A stretch of 64,000 nt of DNA from an uncultured Hyphomicrobiales bacterium. GTDB lineage: Bacteria > Pseudomonadota > Alphaproteobacteria > Rhizobiales > Beijerinckiaceae. Below are positions 24,814 through 31,967 of the stretch, piece by piece (position 1 is the first letter of the stretch; each line of letters opens with the position of its first letter). Both the position numbers and the translations under genes were made by a program. Under the pieces are notes generated by a model. It searched no databases. It was not told the origin of the DNA and saw only the letters and a list, made by a program, of their open reading frames with translations. The stretch is taken from NCBI GenBank assembly GCA_903932535.1, contig CAIZGR010000666.1, forward strand, positions 798 to 64,797, given 5' to 3'.

Positions 24814-25230
24814 TCAGCCCCCCACTTCGGCGACGCGCTCGACCAAGCCGACGATCCGGCGCCGGAGCTTCGCGTCCTTGATCGCGACGAACGCCTTGGT
24901 CAGCGAGAGACCGTCGGAGGTCGCGAGGAAGTCCGACACATAGGCCGGCGATGGGGCTTCACCCAAACCGCCGCTGTGCCCCGGCATGTTGGGTGCGCCT
25001 TCGAAGAAAAACGAAACCGGGACTTGCAGGATATTGGCGATCTGCTGCAGCCGGCTGGCGCCGATGCGGTTGGTGCCCTTCTCGTACTTCTGCACCTGCT
25101 GGAACGTCAGGTTGAGGGCGTCGCCGAGCTTTTCCTGGCTCATGCTCAGCATCATCCGACGCATGCGCACGCGCGACCCGACGTGCTTGTCGATCGGGTT
25201 CGGCGCCTTCTTATTGGTCGGTGGGTTCAT
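24814..25230 (-). CDS. XRE-family helix-turn-helix transcriptional regulator (repressor candidate)
   Basis: MSQEKLGDALNLTFQQVQKYEKGTNRIGASRLQQIANIL is a canonical HTH_XRE. Confidence 0.85.
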   Translation of the reverse strand: MNPPTNKKAPNPIDKHVGSRVRMRRMMLSMSQEKLGDALNLTFQQVQKYEKGTNRIGASRLQQIANILQVPVSFFFEGAPNMPGHSGGLGEAPSPAYVSDFLATSDGLSLTKAFVAIKDAKLRRRIVGLVERVAEVGG

Positions 25231-25302
25231 CGGTTCTTTCTCCTTGCGGTGCGAAACTGCACCCCAGGCGGTCGGCGCGGGGCCGGCCGCCGAGGTTGCG
25301 GT
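25231..25302 (-). repeat. Conserved intercistronic element, copy A
   Basis: Spans exactly from stop to ATG. Shares the blocks CATCGGTTCT, TCTCCT, CGGTGCG, GCACCCC and AGGTTGCGGTC, plus two hairpins, with 28304-28369. Confidence 0.5.
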
Positions 25303-25647
25303 CTAGCTTTTGTGGCCGTGCCAGGTTTTTCCTCCGTCGTGAGAGTGAGCGCCCTGGCCGACGACCTGGCGGTCGACCGTTCGCCCGGAGAGCTGCTCGG
25401 CCCGGGCGATTGCCGCCCGGGCGAGAGCGGAGCCGGTCGACATGATCCGGCGGTAGGCGCAGGCGTCGGTGACGCCGTCGCGTTCGTTGTCGCCCCAGGC
25501 GGAGAACGCCACCGCGCCTTGCGGTCCGACCTTCACCCGGACCTGTCCGGCGGCGATCAGCCGTTCGAGCCGGGCCACGGAGGTCCGAACCTCCGCGGCG
25601 CGCTCCTGGATGGTCTGCTTCGGCTTGAGCCTGGTGTCGCAGGGCAT
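25303..25647 (-). CDS. Hypothetical protein (114 aa)
   Basis: ORF track. Begins MPCDTRLKPKQTIQERAAEV. Protein-like composition. Confidence 0.65.
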   Translation of the reverse strand: MPCDTRLKPKQTIQERAAEVRTSVARLERLIAAGQVRVKVGPQGAVAFSAWGDNERDGVTDACAYRRIMSTGSALARAAIARAEQLSGRTVDRQVVGQGAHSHDGGKTWHGHKS

Positions 25648-25651
25648 GGCC

Positions 25652-26440
25652 TCACTCCAACTCGACCGCGCGCTTCGGCGCGACGTAGCCGAGGTCTTCG
25701 CGGGCGGTCGGCGCCAGGTCGAGGCCCCGGGCCTTCTCCGCCGGCATCGCGACGTCGACGGCCGCGTCCAGGTCGAGGAAGGCCGTGCGCGACTCGGTGA
25801 TCGCCCGGATGGCCTTGGCGTCGATCTCGGTCGCCGCGGTCTCCCCGGCCTGGACGATCTTCTTCGCGGCCGCGCGCGCCGCCTCGATCGCGATCTGGAT
25901 GCGCGCGCCGGCGTCCGGGGAGAGCATCGAGCCGAGGCTCTTGGCGCGGGAGGCCGCGTCGCGGATCGTCTTGACGTCGAGGGTTTCGACGCCGCGCTTC
26001 ATCTCCTCCAGCAGGTCGCGGACCTCGCTGTTGATCGCCTTGACCGCCTCGACGTCGTCCGGCGCGATCCTGCCGGTGATGACGTAGACGTAGACGCGGG
26101 AGAGGGCCGCCCCGTCGTTGAACGCGTCGGCGACGGCGCGCGCGGCCGCGATGGCCTTCTCGAGCTCCCCGGCCTGCGACTCGGGGCAGAGCAGGCCGAA
26201 GGCGGAGAACGCGCAGACGGAGTTGACGAGCGACCGGGCCTTCGAGCGGGCCTTCTTGCCCTCCTCGTATTCTTTCGGGTCGGAGATGAGCCGCTCGGTC
26301 TCCCAGGAGGCCTTTTCGGCGCCGCCCTCGACGACGTGCTCGGACTCGATGACGCGCTTGGAGTAGCGGACGTTGCCGACCAGGGAGGTCTTCAAGCTGA
26401 CCAGGAGGCCGGGGCGGAGGGTGCTTGTCTTGATGGTCAT
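25652..26440 (-). CDS. Hypothetical helical protein (262 aa)
   Basis: ORF track. Ala/Glu-rich C-terminal half. No family recognised. Confidence 0.7.
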   Translation of the reverse strand: MTIKTSTLRPGLLVSLKTSLVGNVRYSKRVIESEHVVEGGAEKASWETERLISDPKEYEEGKKARSKARSLVNSVCAFSAFGLLCPESQAGELEKAIAAARAVADAFNDGAALSRVYVYVITGRIAPDDVEAVKAINSEVRDLLEEMKRGVETLDVKTIRDAASRAKSLGSMLSPDAGARIQIAIEAARAAAKKIVQAGETAATEIDAKAIRAITESRTAFLDLDAAVDVAMPAEKARGLDLAPTAREDLGYVAPKRAVELE

Positions 26441-26474
26441 GGTGCGGTTCTTTCGGTTGGGTTGGAGCGGGGAA

Positions 26475-28103
26475 TCACGATTGAAGGTCGAGGACGCGGG
26501 CGCTGGTCTTCACCGGCTCGGGCTTGCCGTCGGCCTGGGTGGCGGGGCGGGCCCGGCCGGCGGCCCAGGCGCGGAGCTTTTCGATCTTCTCCTTGGCGGT
26601 CTTGCCGAGCGGGACGACCGTCGCGGCCGCGGCGACCAGGTCCTCGGTCTCGATCTCCCGGGCGCCGTCGGCGAAGGCCGCGAACATGGCGTCCGGGACG
26701 ATGGCGGCGATCTCGGAGCCGGTGAAGCCGTCGCAGCCGGCGGCCACGGTCTCGAGTCGGATGCCGCTGCGGTCCAGGGAATCGAGCAGCTTGCCGCGGC
26801 CGTGCGCCCGCAGGGCCGTCGCCAGGACCGAGACCCGTTCCGTCGCGTTCGGGAGGTCGACCCACCAGACCTCGTCGAAGCGGCCCTTGCGCAGCAGCTC
26901 GGGCGGGAGCCCCTCGACGTCGTTGGCCGTCGCGATGACGAAGGCCTCCCCGGACCGTTCCTGCATCCAGGAGAGCACGGCCCCGAGCGCGTCGGAGGAG
27001 ACGCCGCCGTCGGCCGAACCTGAGGTCGCGCCCTGGAGCGCCTTCTCGATCTCGTCGATCCAGACGACGCAGCGGCCGATGGCTTCGATGACCCGGAAGG
27101 CCTTGCGCAGGTTGCCCTCCGATTCGCCCACGAACTTCGACTTGAGCGCGCCGAGGTCGAGCCGCAGGAGCGGGACGCCCCAGGCCGTGGAGATGGCCTT
27201 CGCGATCAGGCTCTTGCCGCAGCCGGGGACGCCGACGAGCAGCGCGCCCTTCGGCGACGGTAGGCCGTAGGCGCGGGCCTCCGGGGTGTAGGCGGAGCTG
27301 CGCGACGTCAACCAGGTCTTGAGGTTTTCGAGACCGCCGACCGAGGCGAGGCCGCCCGGAATCGGGTCGTACCATTCGAGGACGCGCTCCCGGGCGACGA
27401 CCCGCTTCTTCTCCTTCGCGACGGTCGCCGGGTCGATGCGCCGGAGCTGGACGAGCGAGCGCGCGTAGCAGGAGGCGGCTTCTTCGCCGCTCAGGCCGAC
27501 GGCCGCGTCGATCGCCGCGGCGCGCTGGCCGTTCGGCGCCGCCGTGGTCTTCAGGTCGGCCGGCAGCGACTCGATGGCGGCGTCGAGGATGGCGGCGATC
27601 TCGGCGCGGTCCGGAAGCGGCCACTCGATCACGGTCGCGTGGCCCGCGAGCTCCGGCGGGACGTCGCCCGAAGGAGAGACGACGACGATGGCCTGCGCGT
27701 TCTCTCGCGGCGTGCCCGGGAGGGAGCGGGCGAGGTTGCGGACCTGGCGGAGCGTGGTCGCGCCGGCCGGGCCCGAGAGCCACGACGGGAGGTCGCGCAT
27801 GATCCAGACGCCGCGGCCGCCGGACTGCGCGGCCTGCGCGCGCTCGCGGATGACGTTCAGCGCGTCGCCGGGGTCGTTGCTGGCCGGCACGCCCTTGACG
27901 GCGGTCCCGTCGAGGTTGGCGAGGCCCTGGCCGACGTCCCAGGTGATCGGAGAGTAGGCGGCGGAGGCCGCCGCCTGAAACAGGTAACGCTCGACGCGGG
28001 CTTCTTCGCGGGTGACGATCCAGAGGAGCGGGTTGCGGGCGCGCAGGAGCGCCGACACGTCGTCGGCGAGTTCCTGGCTCTTGGTCTTCGGTGCGGTGGT
28101 CAC
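26475..28103 (-). CDS. Classical-clade AAA+ ATPase (FtsH/Cdc48-like module) with unique about 270-aa N-terminal region
   Basis: Walker A GVPGCGKS, Walker B VVWIDEIE and second region of homology ATANDVEGLPPELLRKGRFD. GTG start preceded by AAGGAA. Confidence 0.9.
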   Translation of the reverse strand: MTTAPKTKSQELADDVSALLRARNPLLWIVTREEARVERYLFQAAASAAYSPITWDVGQGLANLDGTAVKGVPASNDPGDALNVIRERAQAAQSGGRGVWIMRDLPSWLSGPAGATTLRQVRNLARSLPGTPRENAQAIVVVSPSGDVPPELAGHATVIEWPLPDRAEIAAILDAAIESLPADLKTTAAPNGQRAAAIDAAVGLSGEEAASCYARSLVQLRRIDPATVAKEKKRVVARERVLEWYDPIPGGLASVGGLENLKTWLTSRSSAYTPEARAYGLPSPKGALLVGVPGCGKSLIAKAISTAWGVPLLRLDLGALKSKFVGESEGNLRKAFRVIEAIGRCVVWIDEIEKALQGATSGSADGGVSSDALGAVLSWMQERSGEAFVIATANDVEGLPPELLRKGRFDEVWWVDLPNATERVSVLATALRAHGRGKLLDSLDRSGIRLETVAAGCDGFTGSEIAAIVPDAMFAAFADGAREIETEDLVAAAATVVPLGKTAKEKIEKLRAWAAGRARPATQADGKPEPVKTSARVLDLQS

Positions 28104-28136
28104 GGTTGCGGTTCCTTCGGTTCTTCGGTGGGCGGG

Positions 28137-28303
28137 TCAGTGGCAGTGAACGGTCGACGACGAGTGCCGGTGGCATTTGTCGGGGTGAGCGCGGGCGACG
28201 CCGACCGCGAGGACGGTCAGCAGCGCGAAGCCGATCAGCGCGGCGGCGAGTTGCCACAGGCGGCGGCGCAGGAGCGGCGGGAGCAGGGGACGTCGGGTCT
28301 TCA
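28137..28303 (-). CDS. Frame-broken small membrane peptide (22-codon ATG frame plus TM/Cys-His segment in the -1 frame)
   Basis: ATG 28303 sits behind a perfect GGAGAAGAACCG and stops at 28235. The -1 frame has no start codon but has GC3 bias and encodes LWQLAAALIGFALLTVLAVGVARAHPDKCHRHSSSTVHCH, ending with a stop at 28137. The switch is at the C-run 28259-28262. Confidence 0.25.
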
Positions 28304-28369
28304 TCGGTTCTTCTCCTCGGTGCGTGATCGCACCCCGTCGCCGGGCCGAAGCCCGGCGCTAGGTTGCGG
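28304..28369 (-). repeat. Conserved intercistronic element, copy B
   Basis: Stop-to-ATG spacer homologous to 25231-25302. Hairpins at 28318-28333 (GGTGCG/CGCACC) and 28339-28356 (7 bp, UUCG loop on the minus strand). Confidence 0.5.
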
Positions 28370-28537
28370 TCAGCCGATCAGGGTCTGGTGAAGCCAGAGC
28401 AGCGCGAACACCATCCAGGTCACGATCTCCGGGAACGTCTGGAGCAGGATGACGCCGGCGAGCGCGGCGACCAGGCCTTGCACGATGAAGTCGGCGGGGG
28501 ACTTGCGGGGGCGCATCAGTTGCGGTTCGTTGTGCAT
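28370..28537 (-). CDS. 55-aa membrane peptide
   Basis: ATG 28537 preceded by GAGGAGATTCCC. Translation is MHNEPQLMRPRKSPADFIVQGLVAALAGVILLQTFPEIVTWMVFALLWLHQTLIG. Below the ORF-track length cutoff. Confidence 0.45.
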   Translation of the reverse strand: MHNEPQLMRPRKSPADFIVQGLVAALAGVILLQTFPEIVTWMVFALLWLHQTLIG

Positions 28538-28547
28538 GGGAATCTCC

Positions 28548-28940
28548 TCAGCCGTTCTGGCCGACGCGTTCGGCCGCGTCGTCGAGTTCGGAGGAGAGCC
28601 AGCTTTTTAGAAACTCAGCGCGGCGGTAGCCGTTCACGAGGGCTTCGTAGGTCTCCGCGTCGCGCTTGGAGAAGCACTGCCCCGCGACGTCGCCGGTCTT
28701 GATCCCGAGCGCGTCCATGATGATCTTGAGGGCCGCATCGAGCGTGTCGGCGCGGAGCGCCCGCGCGAAAACGTCCTGGGCTTTTTTGTCCTCACGCTCC
28801 TTCGACTCGCGGGCCTGACGGAATCCCTTCGCCCAGAGCGACGCGGCAGCACTCCCGACGGCGAACGGATTTTGTTTCGGATTGACTCCGGCGGCGAAGG
28901 CGCGGCGGCCGGTCTCCGTGATGTTAAGGGCTTGGGTCAT
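28548..28940 (-). CDS. Hypothetical protein (130 aa), N-terminus weakly Rmf/CrpP-like
   Basis: Internal ATG (MTQALNITE) preceded by GAGGAAAGAACCG. GRRAFAAGVNPKQNPFAVGS..LWAKGFRQA pattern. Confidence 0.6.
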   Translation of the reverse strand: MTQALNITETGRRAFAAGVNPKQNPFAVGSAAASLWAKGFRQARESKEREDKKAQDVFARALRADTLDAALKIIMDALGIKTGDVAGQCFSKRDAETYEALVNGYRRAEFLKSWLSSELDDAAERVGQNG

Positions 28941-28960
28941 CGGTTCTTTCCTCTGGTGGA

Positions 28961-28976
28961 CCGGGAAACTCCCCGG
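28961..28976 (-). promoter_or_regulatory. Palindrome CCGGGGAGTTTCCCGG (copy 2 of 3, minus-strand reading)
   Basis: Near-identical to 15714-15731. Lies between the divergent starts at 28940 (-) and 29052 (+). Confidence 0.4.
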
Positions 28977-28987
28977 CAACACCGCTA

Positions 28988-29017
28988 TTGAAGGATGCGC
29001 CGATGCGGATGTACAAT
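28988..29017 (+). promoter_or_regulatory. Candidate sigma70-type promoter
   Basis: TTGAAG (28988-28993), an 18-nt spacer, then TACAAT (29012-29017), in a locally AT-richer stretch. Confidence 0.35.
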
Positions 29018-29051
29018 GCTAAATCGCATCGCAAAAACCCAGGAAAACCAG

Positions 29052-29726
29052 GTGCCTAGAACCCCTAAACTGGCGGTCCCCGCCGAGTGGACGTTCAAGA
29101 GCAAGGCCGTCGCCGCCGCCTTCGATTCGCACGTCCGGGAGCAGCTCCCCTGGTACGACATCGCCACGGGGATAGTTTCCCACCTGGCGCGGTCCTACGT
29201 TCCGCGCGGCGGCGTCGTCGTCGACGTCGGCGCCTCGACCGGGAACGTCGGCCGCGCCATCGCGCCGACTCTCGAAGCGCGCGACGCGAGCCTGATCGCG
29301 ATCGACGCGTCGGCGGAGATGGCGACGGTCTACGCGGCCCCGGGCCAGTTCGTCGTGATCGACGCCGCCGACTTCGACTTCGCGGCGAAGAAGCCGGACC
29401 TCATCGTGTGCTTCCTCGCGCTGATGTTCGTCCCGGTCGCGGTCAGGCGGCCGCTGGTCGAGCGGATGAAGGCCGCGCTGGTGCCGGGCGGCGCCGTCGT
29501 CGTCTTCGACAAGACCGTGCCGTCGCCGGGCTATCTCGGGACCGTCGCGTTCCGGCTCACGCTCGCGGCGAAATACGAGGCCGGCGCCAGGGCGGAGGAG
29601 GTCATCGCCAAGGAGCTTTCCATCGCGGGCCTGCAGCGACCGATGACGCTCGACGAGCTCCCCGGGTTCGTGGAGGTCTTCCGCTTCGGCGACTTCGCCG
29701 GGTTCGTCTACGAGCGCGCCGCCTAG
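29052..29726 (+). CDS. Class I SAM-dependent methyltransferase, CmoA (carboxy-SAM synthase)-like
   Basis: EWTFKSKAVAAAFDSHVREQLPWYD parallels the CmoA N-terminus ([23 protein letters not shown]). VVDVGASTGN is motif I. The ORF is open from 28995. GTG 29052 was chosen because it lies downstream of the candidate promoter and behind AGGAAAA. Confidence 0.7.
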   Translation: MPRTPKLAVPAEWTFKSKAVAAAFDSHVREQLPWYDIATGIVSHLARSYVPRGGVVVDVGASTGNVGRAIAPTLEARDASLIAIDASAEMATVYAAPGQFVVIDAADFDFAAKKPDLIVCFLALMFVPVAVRRPLVERMKAALVPGGAVVVFDKTVPSPGYLGTVAFRLTLAAKYEAGARAEEVIAKELSIAGLQRPMTLDELPGFVEVFRFGDFAGFVYERAA

Positions 29727-29842
29727 CTCAGCGCGACCGCGACCAGGACGGCCGCGCAGGCGACCGCGAGCGCGGCCGCGACGAGCGCGGCTCCCTCCGC
29801 TCTGATGGCGGCGAACACTTCGCGGTCGACGTCGAAAGGCAT
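29723..29842 (-). CDS. 39-aa hydrophobic peptide
   Basis: MPFDVDREVFAAIRAEGAALVAAALAVACAAVLVAVALS. Its AGGAG SD lies inside the hairpin 29846-29869. Its stop overlaps the convergent CmoA-like stop. Confidence 0.3.
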   Translation of the reverse strand: MPFDVDREVFAAIRAEGAALVAAALAVACAAVLVAVALS

Positions 29843-29845
29843 GGG

Positions 29846-29869
29846 GGCTGCTCCTGCGCGGGAGCAGCC
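29846..29869 (-). promoter_or_regulatory. 9-bp perfect hairpin sequestering the SD of the 39-aa ORF, or terminator of the upstream gene
   Basis: GGCTGCTCC-TGCGCG-GGAGCAGCC. Confidence 0.3.
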
Positions 29870-29886
29870 AAGGTCTCAGCCGACCG

Positions 29887-30261
29887 TTACGATTCGGTTA
29901 ACGCGGTCTCGCGGTCCGGGAGCCTCGCGACGACCGACACCGCCGGCGCCCGCGTCAGGCAACCGGCCAGGACGAGCGCGTCGGCGTATTCGCCCAGGAC
30001 GCCGGCGACGACCTCGCGGCCTAGCTCGGTGAGGACCGTCAGCCGGCAACCCTGGGTCCCGCGGTCGCCGGTGTAGGGGCTGCCGCTCTTGCCGTAGCGA
30101 AGGAGCGCCTGCTCGATCAGCGCCGACCTGGTGCGGGCCGACGTGTTGCGGTCGGACGGGGTGCCGGCGGTGAAGTCGATCGGCTGGGGATCCCGGACGT
30201 GGGCGATCAGCATCTCGCGCTGCGCGTGCGAGAGGGCCTTGATCACGTCCTTGACCGCCAT
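29887..30261 (-). CDS. Hypothetical protein (124 aa)
   Basis: Internal ATG (MAVKDVIKALSHAQREML) of the artefactually long ORF 29887..30879. Confidence 0.6.
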   Translation of the reverse strand: MAVKDVIKALSHAQREMLIAHVRDPQPIDFTAGTPSDRNTSARTRSALIEQALLRYGKSGSPYTGDRGTQGCRLTVLTELGREVVAGVLGEYADALVLAGCLTRAPAVSVVARLPDRETALTES

Positions 30262-30268
30262 GTAGTTG

Positions 30269-30289
30269 TCCCCAGGGTTATCCCCAGGG
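30269..30289. promoter_or_regulatory. Tandem direct repeat TCCCCAGGG-TTA-TCCCCAGGG (operator-like)
   Basis: Two exact 9-mers at 30269-30277 and 30281-30289, immediately upstream of the minus-strand start 30261. CAATAT follows. Confidence 0.35.
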
Positions 30290-30297
30290 CAATATAA

Positions 30298-30313
30298 CGG
30301 GAAAGCTCCCCGG
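30298..30313 (-). promoter_or_regulatory. Palindrome CCGGGGAGCTTTCCCG (copy 3 of 3, minus-strand reading)
   Basis: Plus-strand text CGGGAAAGCTCCCCGG compares with CCGGGAAACTCCCCGG at 28961-28976. Lies in the divergent region 30262-30366. Confidence 0.4.
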
Positions 30314-30366
30314 AAGTCCACCGACCGGGCTGGACCTGACCCGATTCGCGACGGTAAGGTCCCGGC

Positions 30367-30936
30367 ATGACCGACCTCCCGATGACGCGGCGATGCGGCG
30401 ACTGCCAGCTCTGCTGCAAGCTGCTCCCGGTGTCCGGCATCCGGAAGCCCGCGAACACGCGCTGCGCGCATCAGCGGCATGGGAAGGGCTGCGCCGTCTA
30501 CGGCCGCACCGAGCATCCGAAGATGCCGCTCGAGTGCAAGCTGTGGAGCTGCCGCTGGCTGGTCGACGGTGGCACGGCCGACTTCAGCCGGCCCGACCGC
30601 TCGCATTACGTTCTCGACGTCATGCCCGACTTCGTCACCGCCCAGGCCGGACCCGACGCCGAGAGGATTCGGATCGAGGCGCTTCAGGTCTGGGTCGACC
30701 CGAACTATCGCGACGCCCACCGCGACCCGGCGCTCCGCGCCTATCTCGCGAAGGCCGGCGAGGCTGGGATCGTCGCGATCATCCGCTACGGCTCGAAGGA
30801 GGGGTTCACCCTCGTTCCGCCGGCGCTGTCCGGAACCGGCGACTGGCTCGAGATCGCGAGCGGCGTCGAGAACGAGCATTCGGTCGCGGAGATGTTTGCG
30901 GTCGAGAAGGTCAAGAAGATCGAGGCCGTCCCGTGA
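30367..30936 (+). CDS. YkgJ-family cysteine-cluster (zinc/iron-chelating) protein
   Basis: CGDCQLCCK signature plus further Cys pairs. Confidence 0.7.
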   Translation: MTDLPMTRRCGDCQLCCKLLPVSGIRKPANTRCAHQRHGKGCAVYGRTEHPKMPLECKLWSCRWLVDGGTADFSRPDRSHYVLDVMPDFVTAQAGPDAERIRIEALQVWVDPNYRDAHRDPALRAYLAKAGEAGIVAIIRYGSKEGFTLVPPALSGTGDWLEIASGVENEHSVAEMFAVEKVKKIEAVP

Positions 30937-31148
30937 CCGCGATAGACCCGCAGATGAAGATCCGGCAGATCATCGCCTCGGCGATAGCGAAGGCCGGCCC
31001 GCGCGCGCCGCTTCACGCCGTCTACATCGACCGGCCCTTCTACGACCAGGTCTGCCGGGCCCACGCGGTCTCGCCGGCGAGCGCGCCTCACGGGGTCAAG
31101 CTCGGCGGCGTCGCGGTCAAGCCATTCGACGTCCTCGCCCCAGCCTGA
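30933..31148 (+). CDS. Hypothetical protein (71 aa)
   Basis: GTG 30933 overlaps the upstream stop (GTGA). Strong GC3 bias. Confidence 0.5.
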   Translation: MTAIDPQMKIRQIIASAIAKAGPRAPLHAVYIDRPFYDQVCRAHAVSPASAPHGVKLGGVAVKPFDVLAPA

Positions 31149-31164
31149 AACAGGAAACGAACCT

Positions 31165-31704
31165 ATGGACATCACAGAAGCCGATCGGCCATCCGCGCAC
31201 GGAAAGCTGCTCGGTAGCGCGCTCGCGCTGATCGAGAAGCTCGGGCGCCGGGACGCCCCGATGGTCATCCCGGATTGCTGCCTGACCTGCGCGTTCCGTG
31301 AGGGCTCGCTTCCGAACATGAGCGCCGGAACGGGGATCATCGCGCTGAACTGCGCGATCCACATCGACCGCGACCGATTCTCTTGCCATCACGGGATGAA
31401 GGACGGGGAGCCGACGAAGATTTGCGCCGGCTACGCGGCCGCGATGTTCGCGCCGTGGTCGTCGGTCATCGTCGTCCTCGAGGCGCTCCAAAAGGAGATC
31501 GACAAGTTCTCCCCCGGAGACGACGACGGCCTGCGGACCGCCTTCGACGCGTGGGCGGTCGCGCTCGATCCAAAGAAGCGGCAGGACGTCTACGCGATGG
31601 CGCGGATGTTCGCGAAGTCCGGACCGGCGGCCGACCTCGGGCTCGATCCGGCCGAGGCGGACTTCATCACCCGCCGCTGCGAACGAATGATGGAGGCGGT
31701 CTGA
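31165..31704 (+). CDS. Cys-rich hypothetical protein (179 aa)
   Basis: ORF track. Pattern CCLTCAF...C....FSCHH. Confidence 0.65.
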   Translation: MDITEADRPSAHGKLLGSALALIEKLGRRDAPMVIPDCCLTCAFREGSLPNMSAGTGIIALNCAIHIDRDRFSCHHGMKDGEPTKICAGYAAAMFAPWSSVIVVLEALQKEIDKFSPGDDDGLRTAFDAWAVALDPKKRQDVYAMARMFAKSGPAADLGLDPAEADFITRRCERMMEAV

Positions 31705-31967
31705 TGAGCATCATCGGCGATAGGCTAAATCCGCCTCGGTACACGATCCTCAAGCCCAGCAGGCGCCAAGGCAAAACCGCCGCCGCGGCGCTGGCCGAGG
31801 AGATCGCCAACACGGAGGAGGCCTTCACCCTCCTCGACCTCATCAGCGCCGAGTTCCAGAGCGACCCGTCGTCGGTCGCCTGCTTCGACCTCCGCGTCGT
31901 CGCGCGCGTCAAGGCCTGCGTCGAGAAGCGGAAGGCCGCCATAGAGCGCGGCGACGGTCTCCGCTAG
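31704..31967 (+). CDS. Hypothetical protein (87 aa)
   Basis: ATG 31704 overlaps the upstream stop by 1 nt (TGATG). This is the tail of ORF 31383..31967. Confidence 0.55.
   Translation: MSIIGDRLNPPRYTILKPSRRQGKTAAAALAEEIANTEEAFTLLDLISAEFQSDPSSVACFDLRVVARVKACVEKRKAAIERGDGLR

Noticed and set aside
26437-28257. 606-aa minus-strand ORF (MATRRRADRLRAADRP...) overlapping the AAA+ gene
   Set aside because: It is an alternative frame of the ATPase gene with extreme Arg/Pro/Gly content. The 26475..28103 frame has Walker A/B and SRH motifs.
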